A stretch of DNA of 64,000 bases from Nitrospirota bacterium (GTDB lineage Bacteria; Nitrospirota; UBA9217), in NCBI GenBank assembly GCA_963705595.1, contig CAVPKD010000004.1:381819-445818 (forward strand), written 5' to 3'. The stretch's first letter is position 1; every line of letters starts with the position of its first letter. The position numbers were made by a program, and so were the translations under genes. The notes below the pieces were generated by a model. The model made no database searches. It was not told the origin of the DNA and saw only the letters and a program-made list of their open reading frames with translations. Positions 21,152-31,347 of this stretch are shown here, piece after piece.

Positions 21152-23071
21152 ATGATACTCGACAAAATAGAATCCATCAAAGACCTGCGGGAACTTCCCC
21201 AGGAGGAACTGCCGGTGCTTGCGGCCGAGCTCCGGGAGGAGATCATCGATGTCGTGTCAAGACCGGCGGGCATCTTGCACCGAGTCTCGGCGTCGTCGAT
21301 CTGACCATCGCGCTCCACTATGCCTTTGATACGCCGAACGACCGTATCGTGTGGGACGTGGGGCACCAGGCCTATGCGCACAAGATCCTGACGGGCAGGC
21401 GCACGCAGTTCCCCACGCTCCGCCAGCACGGCGGTATCAGCGGTTTCCCGAAGCGGGAAGAGAGCCCCTTCGACCATTTCGATGTGGGACATGCGAGCAC
21501 CTCGATCTCGGCCGCGTTCGGGATGATAGCGGCTCGGGACATCAAGGGCGAGGACTACCGCGTGATCGCCGTGATCGGAGACGGCTCCATCTCGGCAGGG
21601 CTTGCCTTCGAAGGGATGAACCAGGCCGGCCACCTGAAAAAAAATCTGGTGGTGATCCTGAACGATAACGAGATGTCGATCTCGCCGAACGTGGGCGCGC
21701 TTTCGTCGTACTTGAGCAGGCTCATGACCGGAAATTTTTATACCAGGCTGCGGAAGGAGACCAAGCATTTCCTCCAGGGCATCCCCAAGGTCGGCGAATC
21801 AATGTTCAACCTCGCGAAAAAGGCGGAGGATTCCATCAAGGGCCTGATGGTCCCGGGCATGCTGTTCGAAGACCTTGGGTTCCAGTACATTGGACCGATA
21901 GACGGCCATAATATCGACCATCTGCTCGAGACCTTCCAGAACATCAAGGATTACACCTGGCCGGTCCTGGTGCATGTGATCACCCAGAAAGGGAAAGGCT
22001 GCGAGTTCGCTGAATGCAATCCGTCGCAGTACCACGGCACGCCCCCATTTGAGCGGCAGACAGGCAAGGTCGTCAAAGAAATCATCGGTGCTGAGCTATA
22101 CGGAGGTCTTCGGCCAGACCATGATCAAGCTGGCAACGGACAACGACAAGATCGTCGCCATCTCCGCGGCCATGTCCGACGGCACGGGTCTCGACAAGTT
22201 CGCCGAACAGTTCCCCGACCGGTTCTTCGACGTGGGCATCGCCGAGTCCCACGGCGTCACGTTCGCGTGCGGGCTCGCCGTGGAAGGGCTCCACCCGGTG
22301 GCCGCCATCTATTCCACGTTCACGCAGCGCGCCTACGACCAGGTAGTGCACGACCTCTGCCTCCAGAACCTCCCGGTGACGCTTGCCCTTGACCGGGCGG
22401 GACTTGTGGGAGAGGACGGACCTACGCACCACGGCGTGTTCGATATCGCGTACCTGCGTCATGTGCCGAACATGGTCATGATGGCGCCCAAGGACGAGAA
22501 CGAGCTTCAGCACATGATCAAGACTGCAGTTGAGCATCCGGGGCCGACGGCGGTGCGCTATCCGCGCGGCACCGGCTACGGCGTTCCCATGGACCAGGAA
22601 TTGAAGAACCTGGAGATCGGCAAGGCCGAACTGCTCAGGGACGGGAGCGATGTTGCGATCATCGCCATCGGGAACATGGTCTGTCCGTCACTCGAAGCGG
22701 CGAAGCGGCTTGCGGCTGAAGGGATCTCCGTGGCGGTCGTGAATGCACGGTTCGTGAAGCCTCTCGATGACGAACTGATCCTTGCTCTGGCGAAGAAAAC
22801 AGGCAGGGTCGTGACGGTAGAGGAGCACGCGCTCCTCGGCGGGTTCGGCAGCGCCGTGCTCGAGTGTCTGGATGCTTCCCGTGTGACCGGCGTTAAGACA
22901 TTGCGCATCGGCCTTCCCGATGCGTATATCGAACATGGCTCACAAAATGTGCTCAGGCAGCGGTACGGTCTGGATGTGGACGGCATCTATGCAAAGGTAA
23001 GGGAATTCGTGATGCAGTCCCGGCTCAAAGCCGTGGCGCCAGTCGTGGTGCTCAAGAAGATGGATGCCTAA
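21152..23071 (+). CDS. dxs: 1-deoxy-D-xylulose-5-phosphate synthase, two frameshifts (near 21260 and 22078)
   Basis: [43 protein letters not shown]. Confidence 0.95.
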
Positions 23072-23333
23072 GCGTGCTTGTTGTGATCTGTAAAGGGCAC
23101 TAAGCTTAAAAATATTCGGGGTAAAGACTGTAACAATTTAGTCAAGGCAACTTTAGTGCTGCATAGCTTCACGGATTCGATAAACGGTGTCGGGTCACCC
23201 GTGAAAAGTTGCGGTTGAGAAAAAAACTTCCTCCCAGTCCAGACACGAAAGAAATTCACGCCACGCTCAGTGGAGCATTGCTTTTCGGGGTACGATTCAG
23301 CTATACTTATTTCTTATCCTGAGAAAGCGCATA

Positions 23334-24095
23334 ATGTCTGGGAACAAACCAAGCAAAACAAGAAAACTCCGTCTTGACCGTCTCCTCGCGGGCCGCGGAC
23401 TATCTGAGAGCCGTGAACGTGCACAGGCCATGATCATTGCTGGCCAAGTCCTGGTGAGCGGTCAGAAAATCGTCAAGGCAGGGGCTCTCGTACCAGAGGA
23501 TGCAGAGATTCGAGTCCTCGGTGAATCTCTCCCTTATGTGAGCAGGGGAGGCCTCAAACTTGAAGCGGCAATAAAAGAGTTTCGGATCGTCGCGGAAGGC
23601 AAGGTCGCTCTGGACGTGGGAGCCTCGACCGGCGGATTCACCGACTGTCTGCTCCAGTCCGGAGTCAAAAAAGTCTATGCCGTGGACGTGGGCTACGGCC
23701 AGATGGCGTGGAAACTCCGGCAAGATGCCCGTGTTGTTACGATCGAGCGTACGAACATCCGCGAGATCGACCCCTCGCTGCTGCCTGAGCTGATTGATAT
23801 CGTGGTTGCTGACGTTTCGTTCATATCCCTCGAAAAGGTCGTTCCGGGTATCCTGAAATTTCTGAAGACCGATGCAGAGATCATTGCGCTCATCAAGCCA
23901 CAGTTCGAAGTGGGCAAAGGGCAGGTGGGCAAGGGAGGGATCGTGCGCGATGATGCAGCGAGGACCGCTGTGGTGAACAGGATCACCGATAACTTCAGGG
24001 GACTCGGCCTTGAGGTGAAGGGCGTTATCCCTTCTCCCATCACGGGCCAGGACGGGAACGTGGAGTATCTGATTTATGCAGCGAAGCGCGAGTAA
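23334..24095 (+). CDS. tlyA: TlyA-family rRNA 2'-O-methyltransferase
   Basis: S4 domain RLDRLL, YVSRGGLKL, LDVGASTGGFTD, LIKPQFE, GNVEYL. Confidence 0.95.
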   Translation: MSGNKPSKTRKLRLDRLLAGRGLSESRERAQAMIIAGQVLVSGQKIVKAGALVPEDAEIRVLGESLPYVSRGGLKLEAAIKEFRIVAEGKVALDVGASTGGFTDCLLQSGVKKVYAVDVGYGQMAWKLRQDARVVTIERTNIREIDPSLLPELIDIVVADVSFISLEKVVPGILKFLKTDAEIIALIKPQFEVGKGQVGKGGIVRDDAARTAVVNRITDNFRGLGLEVKGVIPSPITGQDGNVEYLIYAAKRE

Positions 24096-24474
24096 GCGTA
24101 TTTGATATTCTGAAGGCCTTCGCTTGTCATCCTGAGCCTTAGCGTAGAATCTCGTATTCTCCTCGCGTACTAATCCGGTCAGTGTGTCTGGACCGATATG
24201 GATTTTTGTCGCCTTGCTCCTGCAGAACGCCAATTATTAAGGATATCGTTCTTTACTTATTGAAATCATAAGGAGATTGCCAAACGTTATGTAGTATTTT
24301 TGCTACAATTATGATAGAGGAGTGTTGTGAGGATCGCATGGTGCTGCCGTGCGGATAGATGCAGGCTGGAGCGTGCGTGAGAAGATAATCCCCGAGTACA
24401 GTGAATGCGTAAACAGAGATCCTCAAGCGGATATCCCTGTTCATAGCGGAACAGCTTAATGCCGGGATGAGACC

Positions 24475-26361
24475 ATGATAGCCAGAATGTCGAAGGTCGA
24501 GATCGTCGGGCCGAAAGGCTTGCTGCAGGATATACTTATCCTTCTGCAGAAACTGAACGTGCTTCAGATCGAATCGGAGACCGCGGAGCTTATCGAAGGG
24601 GAGACAGGCGGGGAGGAGATCAGGCCCTTTCTTCACGATGAACGGGAGCGAACCCTTTTTGAACGTCTTTTCCTCGATGATCTACGCCGCAAAATCGATG
24701 AGCTCTTCACCTATCTTCCCAAGATATCAGAGAGGACATGCTATATCCAGCCGCAGTCGATCATCGGGACCATTCTCTACACCGTTGAGAAGCACCTCAA
24801 GGTCGCCAAGGCGCTCCATAAAAGAAAGTTCGGCCTAAAAAAGGAAGTGACGGAGCTCGGGCGCTTTGAAGATTTCCTGAACACCCTGGACTCTCTTTTT
24901 AAAGAGGCCCATACTCCACCTCAATTCGACATTATCGGGCTCACCATCAAGGACCCGAGCGCGGTAGACACCATTCGCGCGCTGGTATCGAAGTTGACAC
25001 AAGGGAACTATAAGCTTTTCACTGTGCCGGCCGGAGACGGCACGCTTGCAGGGATGATCACCATAGAAAAGAGCATCGCCGATTCCGTGAGCAAGGCGTT
25101 AACGCATGAGCATGTCCCGGAACTAAGTTTACCTCTCGACTTCGCCAACCTCTCCCTCTCTGAGAAAATCACCTATCTGGAAGCTCAATCCCTTAAGCTA
25201 TCGTTGGAGATTGAAGCAATCGACAGGGTGCTTACGGACCTGGGCCGGCGCTGGATGCCGCTCTACCATCGCGTGAAGGAATGGATCGATGAACGCATCT
25301 CGCTTCTCAACGCGACGGCTTCGGTTTACCATACGCAGATGTGCTTCTATATCCGTGGATGGATGCCCTCAGACGACGTAGGAAGGCTGAAGGCGCAGCT
25401 GGAAGCGTCGTTCGGCATGCAGGTAGTGATGGAGGAAAAGCATGTACGTGAAGAGGACCTCGAACACGCTCCGACTGTTCTGACGAACCCGCCCTACTTC
25501 AAGCCCTTCGAGCTCTTCGGCCGTCTGCTTCCGCTTCCAGCATATACGTCCCTTGACCCGACGCCGTATATCGGCATATTCTTTCCCGTATTTTTCGGCA
25601 TGATCCTCGGTGATGCGGGATACGGCGTGCTCCTTGCGGTTCTGTCGTTTATTCTCATCAAACGGTTTGCGAAAAGCAAGGACGTGGCCGATGCGTCCAG
25701 GATACTTCTTGTGTCATCACTGTACACTATATTATTCGGCCTCCTCTATGGAGAGCTGTTCGGCGATCTCGGCACGAGGCTCTTCGGCCTTAAGCCACTG
25801 TTGATCGAGCGGCGTACGTCGGTGGTGCCCATGATGATATTCGCGCTCTCCGCCGGGGTGGTACACATCCTCCTGGGACTGCTGCTGGGCGTCATAACCG
25901 CCTTCAGGAAGCATGTACGGAAGGCGGCCGTCTACAAGCTTCTGAACATCGTCGTCATTCTCTGTCTGATCGCGGTGTTCGCGTCTTTTTCCGGGTTTTT
26001 CCCCGCGGTGCTCTCGAGGCCCATCATCATCGTGATCCTAATAGCCACACCGTTCCTGTTTTTTACCGGCGGTCTCCTGGCGCCGCTTGAACTCCTTAAA
26101 AGCATCGGGAACATCATCTCCTATGTCAGGATCATGGCGATCGGATTGACGTCAGTCCTGCTCGCTTATGTGGCGAATAGGCTTGCAGGAGAGATGGGGG
26201 ACATCGTGATCGGAGTGGCGGTGGCCGCACTGCTCCATATCCTCAATATCGTCCTCGGTGTGTTCTCTCCTACGATACACTCGCTCAGACTGCATTACGT
26301 CGAGTTCTTCAGCAAGTTCGTCGAAAGCGGAGGAAAAAAGTTCAAGCCGCTGGGGAAATAG
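24475..26361 (+). CDS. V/A-type ATP synthase subunit I (a); no other subunits in the window
   Basis: MSKVEIVG, DPTP..FFGMILGDAGYG, ISYVRIMAIGL (essential Arg), HSLRLHYVEFFSKF. Confidence 0.9.
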   Translation: MIARMSKVEIVGPKGLLQDILILLQKLNVLQIESETAELIEGETGGEEIRPFLHDERERTLFERLFLDDLRRKIDELFTYLPKISERTCYIQPQSIIGTILYTVEKHLKVAKALHKRKFGLKKEVTELGRFEDFLNTLDSLFKEAHTPPQFDIIGLTIKDPSAVDTIRALVSKLTQGNYKLFTVPAGDGTLAGMITIEKSIADSVSKALTHEHVPELSLPLDFANLSLSEKITYLEAQSLKLSLEIEAIDRVLTDLGRRWMPLYHRVKEWIDERISLLNATASVYHTQMCFYIRGWMPSDDVGRLKAQLEASFGMQVVMEEKHVREEDLEHAPTVLTNPPYFKPFELFGRLLPLPAYTSLDPTPYIGIFFPVFFGMILGDAGYGVLLAVLSFILIKRFAKSKDVADASRILLVSSLYTILFGLLYGELFGDLGTRLFGLKPLLIERRTSVVPMMIFALSAGVVHILLGLLLGVITAFRKHVRKAAVYKLLNIVVILCLIAVFASFSGFFPAVLSRPIIIVILIATPFLFFTGGLLAPLELLKSIGNIISYVRIMAIGLTSVLLAYVANRLAGEMGDIVIGVAVAALLHILNIVLGVFSPTIHSLRLHYVEFFSKFVESGGKKFKPLGK

Positions 26362-26530
26362 AAGGCGATAGCAGGCTTCGTTGATCTCTGCCGTAACCGG
26401 AGTGGGCGTTGAGGCAAGCGAGGGGAACATAAGCAAGAGAGTATGTTTCTCGCAGAGTTCAGAGAGGGAAAAGGGTGATTTTTTTTGATTATTTTGCAGC
26501 CTTTGCGTCAGCGAGAGATGCTTTCGTTCT

Positions 26531-26599
26531 TTAGCTTTCCGTCAATCTTCCCGCGAATTCCTCCCCGAGCACTACGATGGACTCATAGTCCCAATAGCA
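26531..26599 (-). pseudogene. Isolated duplicate of the DUF3786 gene 3' end
   Basis: Translates CYWDYESIVVLGEEFAGRLTES*, versus YYLDIESIVVLGEEFAGRLTAC* at 28103-28171. Confidence 0.75.
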
Positions 26600-26783
26600 C
26601 AGCTCGTTTGTATCCATCGGCAGTGCCCGGGTTCTCTCCAATGGTGTTCCCGGAACTATACCGAGCGTTATCCTGCGAAGGTGCGTAAGTAAATCCGTCG
26701 TTCTCAGTGCTATACTTAAAGCATGGTCGGAATCATCAGGGAAATGCAGCGAGTAGAGAAAATGTCAGTTTTGAGACGAAGGT

Positions 26784-27989
26784 GTGGCAATGACTGTTCA
26801 GAAATGGCGATTGCTAGTTCGTTCCTTCATCCTGGGACTACTCCTTTGTGCAACAATTCCCATCGCTTTTAACGCTTGCAGAGGGCACCGGTCTTCTTCC
26901 ACAACACCAGCGATTCCCCAACTGTCCCTCGTTCCTACCGCCGGAGGTTTCACCCATCCAGTCCACATAACCCATGCAGGAGACGGGAGTGGCCGCCTGT
27001 TCATCGTTGAGCAGGGGGGACTCATAAAGATCATAAAGAACGGGGCTGTACTGCCAAAGCCTTTTCTCGACATATCCTCGCTGTTGATATCGAGTGCGGG
27101 AGAGCAGGGGCTTCTCAGTGTCGCCTTCCCGCCGGGTTACGGTGCGGGCAAGCAATACTTTTACATAGACTATACCGGCACCCAGGGAGTCGGCGACACC
27201 GTCATCGCCCGCTATCACACGACGGCCGATCCCGACATCGCGGATCCTGCAAGCGGGCAAACGCTCCTCGTGGTCGTCCAACCCTTTACGAACCACAACG
27301 GCGGACAACTCGCTTTCGGACCCGACGGGTACCTCTATATCGGCATGGGGGACGGCGGCAGCGGAGGAGACCCGCTGAACAATGCGCAGAACACGCTTTC
27401 TTTGCTCGGGAAGATCCTGCGCATAGATGTGGAGTCTCAGCTCGACCAGTATAGTTCTCCCCCCAGCAATCCCTTCAGCGGAAATGCGGGCTATCGCCCC
27501 GAGATCTGGGCCCTTGGGCTCCGGAACCCATGGCGGTTTTCCTTTGACCGGCAAACGGGAGACCTCTACATCGCTGATGTGGGCCAAAATCTGTACGAGG
27601 AAGTGAACATCCAGCCCGCAGCGAGCGTCGGAGGGGAGAATTACGGATGGAACATCATGGAAGGATTTCACTGCTACAACTCTGCTTCCTGCAATCAAAC
27701 AGGACTGACGCTGCCTGTCGCGGAATACGGGCATTCACTGGGAGACTGTTCCATCACCGGAGGGTTCGTATACCGCGGCCTGGAATTTCCTCCCTTGCAA
27801 GGGGTTTACCTCTATGGCGATTATTGCAGCGGACGGATCCGGGGATTGAAGCGCACCGGTGGAACCGTGAGCGTCACGCTCATGCTGGAGAGCAATCTGT
27901 CCATTTCCACGTTCGGTGAAGATGAGGCCGCGAATCTTTATGTCGGTGATCATGCCGCTGGGAAAATTTTTAGAATTACGGCCCCGTAA
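26784..27989 (+). CDS. PQQ-dependent sugar dehydrogenase (GSDH/YliI-like beta-propeller), exported
   Basis: Signal/lipobox-like N-terminus; GEQGLLSVAF, NHNGGQLAFGPDGYLY, GLRNPWRFSFD. Confidence 0.88.
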   Translation: MAMTVQKWRLLVRSFILGLLLCATIPIAFNACRGHRSSSTTPAIPQLSLVPTAGGFTHPVHITHAGDGSGRLFIVEQGGLIKIIKNGAVLPKPFLDISSLLISSAGEQGLLSVAFPPGYGAGKQYFYIDYTGTQGVGDTVIARYHTTADPDIADPASGQTLLVVVQPFTNHNGGQLAFGPDGYLYIGMGDGGSGGDPLNNAQNTLSLLGKILRIDVESQLDQYSSPPSNPFSGNAGYRPEIWALGLRNPWRFSFDRQTGDLYIADVGQNLYEEVNIQPAASVGGENYGWNIMEGFHCYNSASCNQTGLTLPVAEYGHSLGDCSITGGFVYRGLEFPPLQGVYLYGDYCSGRIRGLKRTGGTVSVTLMLESNLSISTFGEDEAANLYVGDHAAGKIFRITAP

Positions 27990-28102
27990 GTCGTCCCCTT
28001 GCCGATACTCAGGCAGGCCGAGGATATCGAATAACTGATGCATGTAAAGGGCAGGGCGCAGGGAAACATTACTCCATGTGTCATGCTCTCTGCACCTTGC
28101 CT

Positions 28103-28894
28103 TCAGCACGCAGTTAATCTTCCCGCGAATTCCTCCCCCAGCACCACGATGGATTCGATGTCCAGGTAATAAGGAACGTTGCGGTCCAACAGGAGCTTGC
28201 ACTGGGAAGGGAAATTCTCGTCCGGAACAGTATCATAGAACAGGAGTAAGACGGGATAGTGGGGGAATAAAAGAAATTCATACGCCGCGTCCTGGTTTCC
28301 CTTTACCTCCGTCTGTACTCCTCCCAACCGCTCGCAAGCAGTTTTTAATCCCGTAACATTTCCCGCATAATGCTTCGCAATCACTTCTTCAACGTGGCCC
28401 GCCCATGCCTTGTCCTTTGCGTGAGATGCCGGAACCGAACTGAAGGTGATCCATTCCCCGGAAGGCGCAGGCGGGTTGGGCATGCAGAGGTGGTTGTAGA
28501 TGAGGATTGATATCCACGGCCTCGGTTCCGTACCTGATGCGTCCAGAATCTTTTCCTTGGTGACTGCATATTTCTCGTTCAGGAACATGATCCCCAGGCT
28601 GTCCGGACCGGTGAGTATCGCGCCGAAAAGAGTTGCCACTTTCGGAAAATCCAATGTCCGGATTTTAGGTCGCAGAGACTCCAGCGCCTGCTCGTAGACC
28701 GTGCCGGGAGAATGGTGCCGTTCCATGTCCGCCTCGCGAAGGGCCTCACGCGCTCCCTGCGTCATCGTGGGGCAATCGTCGGGCGAGGCCTGGTGTGTGG
28801 CCAGTTTCGCGGCAAAGCCGAAACAGCTCGTAGTCCCGCACTTGCCGCAGTTTGTCTTGGGCAGGAGCTTGTATATCTCGACGGCGGTCTTCAC
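28103..28894 (-). CDS. Fe-S cluster domain plus DUF3786 protein
   Basis: LPKTNCGKCGTTSCFGFA..CP Fe-S motif followed by a DUF3786-like region (GEWITF, D-ENFPSQCKLLLD); GTG start assumed. Confidence 0.8.
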   Translation of the reverse strand: MKTAVEIYKLLPKTNCGKCGTTSCFGFAAKLATHQASPDDCPTMTQGAREALREADMERHHSPGTVYEQALESLRPKIRTLDFPKVATLFGAILTGPDSLGIMFLNEKYAVTKEKILDASGTEPRPWISILIYNHLCMPNPPAPSGEWITFSSVPASHAKDKAWAGHVEEVIAKHYAGNVTGLKTACERLGGVQTEVKGNQDAAYEFLLFPHYPVLLLFYDTVPDENFPSQCKLLLDRNVPYYLDIESIVVLGEEFAGRLTAC

Positions 28895-28977
28895 AATTAT
28901 AAAATTAACCTTTTTAACGGCGGGTGTCAAATTTTATTGGACGATTCCGCTGTGGTTGCACGCAGGTAGATCCCGCC

Positions 28978-29006
28978 TTGACATATCACGTCGTGCTTGT
29001 TAATAT
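28978..29006 (+). promoter_or_regulatory. sigma70 promoter of the hemerythrin gene
   Basis: TTGACA N17 TAATAT with extended -10 TG. Confidence 0.55.
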
Positions 29007-29039
29007 CGGTCATAACAAGACCATCGTAGGAGACCTGCC

Positions 29040-29453
29040 ATGGAGTGGACGGAGAAATTATCGGTCGGCGTCGCCACGATCGACAGCCAGCATAAAGAAC
29101 TGTTCAAGAGGATCAACAATCTTGTTCTTGCCATAAAACAGCATCGGTGCAAGGAAGAGATCGACAGTACGATCAAATTCCTTGATGACTACGCACGGGT
29201 CCATTTTTCCGAGGAAGAAAAACACATGCGGGAGACCCGGTATCCCGGGTTAGAACAGCAACGGGAAGACCATAAAAAATACCTTGCCGCCCTTGCCAGG
29301 CTCAAGGAGCAGGCGTCGCTCCCGCGCGTGCAGGGCAGCACGTATGACCTTTCGGCGACCACAAACCAGGTTGTCGTGGACTGGATCGTCGACCATATCG
29401 TGAAAATCGATATGAAATTCGGGGAGTTTCTCAGGAGCAAGGGACATACATGA
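29040..29453 (+). CDS. Single-domain bacteriohemerythrin
   Basis: W..LSVGVATIDSQHKELF, HFSEEE, YP, WIVDHIVKIDMKF. Confidence 0.9.
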   Translation: MEWTEKLSVGVATIDSQHKELFKRINNLVLAIKQHRCKEEIDSTIKFLDDYARVHFSEEEKHMRETRYPGLEQQREDHKKYLAALARLKEQASLPRVQGSTYDLSATTNQVVVDWIVDHIVKIDMKFGEFLRSKGHT

Positions 29454-29504
29454 TGGATGATTCACGATGCAGGGTTCATGCGGAATCGAGTGTCAAGGAC
29501 CTCT

Positions 29505-30025
29505 CTATCCTGTATGTTGCATCGTGTACTTGTATCCGGACTCGATTCGGCGTTCGCAGGTGTCCAGAAGTTTTTTGCATGATCCGGTGTTCAAGAGGCT
29601 TTGCGGGGACCCGGCGATTATCTTGGCTATGTGTTCCGTCACCGCATGCCGGACGTATTTGTAGATAAGTTGATACCACAGGTCTGGATCGACGTCATAC
29701 TCTTCCGCCGCGTAGTCGGTCATGGTAATGCACCCAGGCCCGTGGGGCGTGCCATAAGGATGCGGTTTTCAAATCGTACCGCATAGAGGTAGTCGGTCGA
29801 CGACTCGACGAACCTTTCATACCGTCTTTCACTCTCCTTTAGTGTTGTTATAGCCTGCTTACGTTTTTCCTCTACTCCGATAGCGGAGGCGATGATCCCC
29901 AGCAGCATCACATCGTCCTTACTAGGGACACGGTCTTCCTGATAGACGACGCAGAGCGATCCGACGAAGATAGCACCGGAAGATATTACCTTGCCGATAT
30001 AGGTGCCTAGCCCGTAGTGCCACAC
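29505..30025 (-). pseudogene. Decayed GAF/PAS sensor gene fragment; boundaries approximate
   Basis: GSLCVVYQED..LKESERRYERFVESSTDYLY, then in another frame HGPGCITMTDYAAEEYDVDPDLWYQLI; broken by frameshifts. Confidence 0.65.
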
Positions 30026-30242
30026 GTTGGGGCCCGTTTGAGCATTGGGTGTGCTGAAGATACCGAATGTATGGACATCATCATCTCCGCGGAGGATGAT
30101 TTCGTGCTAGATATGACCGTCGGGCCTGTCTACGGTGCTGCCAGACTGTATCAAACGGGTCCCTGCTTGTCAATGGATTGCCACAAAAAACTATTATTTA
30201 TTGAGATGTTGGCGTGAGGTAAGGGATCTGTGGTGTTCCCTC

Positions 30243-30271
30243 TTGACAAGTGAACAAATGTTCACTATACT
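30243..30271 (+). promoter_or_regulatory. sigma70 promoter with a LexA (SOS) box in the spacer
   Basis: TTGACA (30243) - AGTGAACAAATGTTCAC - TATACT (30266); GAAC-N4-GTTC palindrome; lexA is at the end of the cassette. Confidence 0.85.
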
Positions 30272-30283
30272 AGATAGTGTCCT

Positions 30284-31125
30284 ATGGGAGTCGAGATCAA
30301 TGAATTAATAAGCGTGGGGGCGGTTTTTCCCCGCGGCAGGATCAAGCCGGTCTGGTTTGTCTGGAAGGGAAGACAGATCCGGATGCAGGAGATCACCTTC
30401 ACATGAAGGGCGCGGGCATGCAGTGCGGGCATCCTCCACTTCTCGGTGACGGACGGGCAGGGACTGTATGAGATCTGCTTTGACATCCTCCCCGGCCTGA
30501 AGGCCGAGGATTCCCGCATCAGGCTCTACATCTACTGAGAGCCAATGCAGATTCTGTTCGCAGGTGCGGCAGAGATGTTTACCGCTTCCCCGATTCATGG
30601 GCTGATACAGATGACCTGGTGTTTCTCCAGGCGAACCGGTTGACTGCAGGCTGTGCCAAACAGCCACTACTCCAAAAACCACCTGCTGGTTTCAGGAGAT
30701 ACCTTTTACGGATACCCGTTGATTATGGCACCGAATGTTTTGCTTCATCTATTATTCTTAAGGTTCCCAACGTTGATCGTTGGGTTACCGCGAGCGTATG
30801 CATCGCGAACAATTGATTCAGCGAAACTATTGAGTCGGCGTCGTAATCTTCTTTGTAGGCAAAAGTTTTACCCGGTGACCTTCTCACCGGAACCCCATAC
30901 TTCTGGTTTCAAAGAACAAAACAGGGATGGTTCTCCCTTGTAGTGTTGCTTATTAAAATGTATCGAATGAACTGTTATTTGTCAACAGTAAATCATTGGC
31001 CCAATTTGGCTTCGAACCATATTAGGCCGGCGCCTTATATCCCCGTCCTGAAGAGACGGGGTTTTACTGCGCAAATGGATAATGCCGAGAGTTTCAACTG
31101 GAGACTAACGAAAGCAGAGACTTAA
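30284..31125 (+). pseudogene. About 80-aa small SOS-cassette protein (DUF6504-like), interrupted by an IS element and carrying an in-frame TGA (30404)
   Basis: Removing 30480-31078 restores MGVEINELISVGAVFPRGRIKPVWFVWKGRQIRMQEITFT*RARACSAGILHFSVTDGQGLYEICYNAESFNWRLTKAET*. Confidence 0.8.
30480..31078 (-). mobile_element. Non-autonomous IS200/IS605-family element (599 bp, internally deleted tnpB)
   Basis: Minus strand: TTAT|CCATTTGCGCAGTAAAACCCCGTCTCTTCAGGACGGGG (left end hairpin); GAATCCTCGGCCTTCAGGCCGGGGAGGATGTCAA| (right end); TnpB-like remnants SIVRDAYARGNPTINVGNLKN and IRKRYL..WSSGCLAQPAVNRFAWR; no target duplication. Confidence 0.88.
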
Positions 31126-31347
31126 ATCTATGTTTTACCGCAGAGATCGCAGAGAGGAAACTAAATGGTAGCGCAAGAGCTTTGGTATAAATGTTGCTGG
31201 TTAAAAATCATATCTGAAGCTGACCGGATGCAACGTCGGATTGCTAATCAACTGTAATGCAAAATATTTTGAAAGATGGCATTAAGCGCGCAGTGAATAG
31301 CTTCTAAGAGTTCTCTGCGTTCTTAGCGAGCTCTGCGATAAGAAAAC

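Noticed and set aside
24126-24152. GTCATCCTGAGC REP-like arm
   Set aside because: Single degenerate arm without a clear partner
30404-30406. In-frame TGA in the small SOS gene as selenocysteine
   Set aside because: The context suggests Trp (TGG to TGA), there is no convincing SECIS, and the gene is also IS-disrupted
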